Of a DNA stretch of 44,494 nucleotides, positions 43,932-44,494 are shown piece after piece. The DNA is from a virus (Duplodnaviria > Caudoviricetes), in IMG/VR virus record IMGVR_UViG_3300036719_002132, positions 1-44,494 of that record, one strand, 5' to 3'. Positions within the stretch are counted from its first letter, which is position 1. Every line of letters starts with the position of its first letter. The notes under the pieces are model-generated. The model saw only the letters and a program-made list of their open reading frames with translations. It had not been told where the DNA came from and made no database searches. Position numbers and translations under genes: made by a program.

Positions 43932-44494
43932 ATGGCAAGAAATAGAGTAATCTACCAATCCGAGGCTCTTTTTGTGAGCGACGGTACGCTGATTCCAACA
44001 GCGACACACCCAAGCGGCAACATCAAGCAGCTACACCGCGTTCAGTCGGCCAACTATGGCTTCTCTGTCGCTCGTCAAGATATCAATCAATTCGGCAACC
44101 TTGCTCGTATTGACGCTATCATCCTTGAACCTCCCACCGTCACGATGGATTTCACTTATTACCTCCATACTGGTAATAACGAAACCGCGCTCGGCTTTAG
44201 CGTAGGTACTGGCCTCGGAACGACCCGCTCGTTCATTTCTGGTCTTATCGACGCTTCGCAAACTGGCGACACTTCGACGCTCTCTGGTCGTAACTTCCAC
44301 ATCTTTACGGCTCCAGAAGGTAACGACGCGAACGGCGTTACGCCAACTGCCAATACGTTCACTGGTGTGTCGGCCAGCACGATTACTATCGGTAACGGCT
44401 TTATCACGAACTACTCGGTAGAAGCTTCAGTAGGTAACCTTCCAACAGTTTCAGTTTCGGTAGAAGGTCTGAATATTAACGTTGTTGAAGGTAG
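43932..44494 (+). CDS. Major tail tube protein (truncated by the window end; absent from the ORF track)
   Basis: My translation MARNRVIYQSEALFVSDG...QLHRVQSANYGFSVARQDINQFG... is open to the end; paralogous to 30367..31524 and 32489..33259; ATGTAAAGTATT upstream. Confidence 0.8.
   Translation, partial: MARNRVIYQSEALFVSDGTLIPTATHPSGNIKQLHRVQSANYGFSVARQDINQFGNLARIDAIILEPPTVTMDFTYYLHTGNNETALGFSVGTGLGTTRSFISGLIDASQTGDTSTLSGRNFHIFTAPEGNDANGVTPTANTFTGVSASTITIGNGFITNYSVEASVGNLPTVSVSVEGLNINVVEG

Noticed and set aside
1475-44407. The many short antisense or alternate-frame ORFs in the track (e.g. 10231..10659, 24561..25070, 44031..44300)
   Set aside because: They lie within well-supported genes and show no recognisable motifs or expression signals
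1-44494. Stop-codon reassignment (alternative genetic code)
   Set aside because: Long intact ORFs tile the window in code 11, and TAA, TGA and TAG all end genes at sensible positions
1-44494. Bacterial chromosome or prophage origin, and tRNA genes
   Set aside because: Host-like genes are divergent and interleaved with virion genes; no integrase, rRNA or cloverleaf sequences seen, and the intergenic gaps are mostly too short

Overview
A 44.5-kb piece of a large tailed dsDNA bacteriophage genome, most likely with a long non-contractile tail. It uses the standard genetic code, and I saw no tRNA, rRNA, CRISPR array or integrase. Minus strand 1-23273: a ClpC-like unfoldase; a replication/recombination block (DNA polymerase III alpha split into PHP, 3'-5' exonuclease and catalytic genes, an AddB/Cas4-like nuclease, primase, DnaB, RecA); a holin-like protein; ThyX; a glycan-modification cluster interrupted by a GIY-YIG endonuclease; GuaC; and putative internal head proteins. 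A C-rich, palindromic non-coding strand switch follows at about 23.3-23.5 kb. Plus strand 23502-27019: dUTPase, phage sigma factor, SSB, glycosyltransferase, Hsp20 and an FmdB-like protein. Minus strand 27016-41935: tail fibre, tail-tube paralogues, a double-domain distal tail protein, a 2210-aa tape measure protein and chaperones. Plus strand 41989-end: neck/tail-completion proteins and the major tail tube protein. The best candidate for a novel system is the tape measure protein, in which a repeated Ax(0-1)xG(Y/F)IPNFA motif brackets enzyme-like cargo cassettes (a P-loop kinase-like domain and a PD-(D/E)XK nuclease-like domain), suggesting a modular injected polyprotein. Also notable: a recurring RTGTAAA putative late promoter, a sigma54-type promoter before hsp20, a hairpin hiding the guaC start codon, and a shared LDFS N-terminal tag. 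All calls come from reading motifs by eye; no database searches were run.
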